In this document: in pieces, positions 58,123 to 58,555 of the stretch | Numbering within the stretch: the first letter of the stretch is position 1 | Layout: each line of letters opens with the position of its first letter | Source: Clostridia bacterium | GTDB lineage: Bacteria > Bacillota > Clostridia > Oscillospirales > CAG-272 | DNA: 58,555 nt | NCBI GenBank assembly: GCA_017463445.1 | Contig: JAFTPF010000117.1 | Location: forward strand, 1-58,555 | Direction of reading: 5' to 3' | Program-made: the position numbers and the translations under genes | Notes under the pieces: generated by a model | Seen by the model: only the letters and a program-made list of their open reading frames with translations | What the model was told of the DNA's origin: nothing | The model's database searches: none

Positions 58123-58289
58123 TGGAATCTCCTCCTAATACGGGATCATCTGCGAATCCCTATGTGATGAGTCTATTATATCATATTTTACATAAAAACG
58201 GGGAAGAAAAACGGCAGAAGTTTGTTAATATTTTGTGAATGCAAGGAATGGACGCTTCCTGAATAGCCCCTATGAGATCGTCGTTGGTA

Positions 58290-58555
58290 CGGTGGATACG
58301 CAAAAAGGGAGACGGTCGTTCCCCTCAGGCTACTGACAAACCTCCCTGAGAAGAAGTTGTTTGAAAAGTTGCACAAACCCAAGGCTCCCTCCGATGCAGA
58401 CGCTTCGCTTACTGCGGGAGCTGTCGCCGCAAGGCGACTGAAGGAGAGCGCGAGCACAAAAAAGTATGCATTTTTAAGCCAATGTGCTATGATTTAGTCA
58501 CGCAGGCTCCTTCCGTCACGCTTCGCGTGCCACCTCCCTCTCGGAGGGAGGCTCA
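58290..58555. repeat. Degenerate dispersed-repeat debris upstream of the ADH gene
   Basis: Short hairpins (TCGCC-GCAA-GGCGA, CACGC-TTC-GCGTG, CCTCCCTC-TCG-GAGGGAGG) and a GGCTCC(C/T)TCCG...GCTTCGC unit present twice; no credible ORF. Confidence 0.3.

Overview
Chromosomal segment of a moderately GC-rich, endospore-forming, Clostridia-type Firmicute. Markers are dpaAB, a GerA/SpoVAF-family gene, the rpmG-secE-nusG-rplK-rplA block and four tRNAs. About 46 protein genes are supportable. They include a scattered glycan-degradation set (two GH38 alpha-mannosidases, a GH5-like enzyme, a 1429-aa GH2 beta-galactosidase, GH116, a DUF4965 glutaminase-like hydrolase) and hexuronate genes (uxaC, a Gfo/Idh/MocA oxidoreductase). 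Also present are a glucose-family PTS (EIIA + EIICB), two orphan paralogous solute-binding lipoproteins, a two-component system, citrate synthase, PepD, Fe-ADH and RarA. Candidates worth a second look: (1) an intact ~5.3-kb phage head/DNA-packaging module (TerS, TerL, portal, scaffold-like, capsid, connector-like) with no tail, lysis, integrase or repressor genes, closed by its own promoter/operator and a perfect bidirectional terminator between housekeeping genes. (2) Next to it, an orphan consensus promoter plus intrinsic terminator bracketing a ~105-nt ORF-free transcript (candidate sRNA). (3) Several families of structured intergenic repeats whose stems differ between copies but stay complementary while loops and flanks are conserved; one family flanks an LRR surface-protein gene as 137-bp direct repeats. 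(4) Two separate cases where an in-frame stop (TGA, TAG) sits exactly at the Trp codon of a neighbouring paralogue and the downstream tail is still conserved in frame. (5) An SPFH / zinc-ribbon membrane protein operon of unknown function. (6) A compositionally chimeric S8 peptidase. Almost every real gene carries a long antisense ORF in the supplied track; these were rejected. All calls come from reading the sequence and motif recognition only; no searches or statistics were run.
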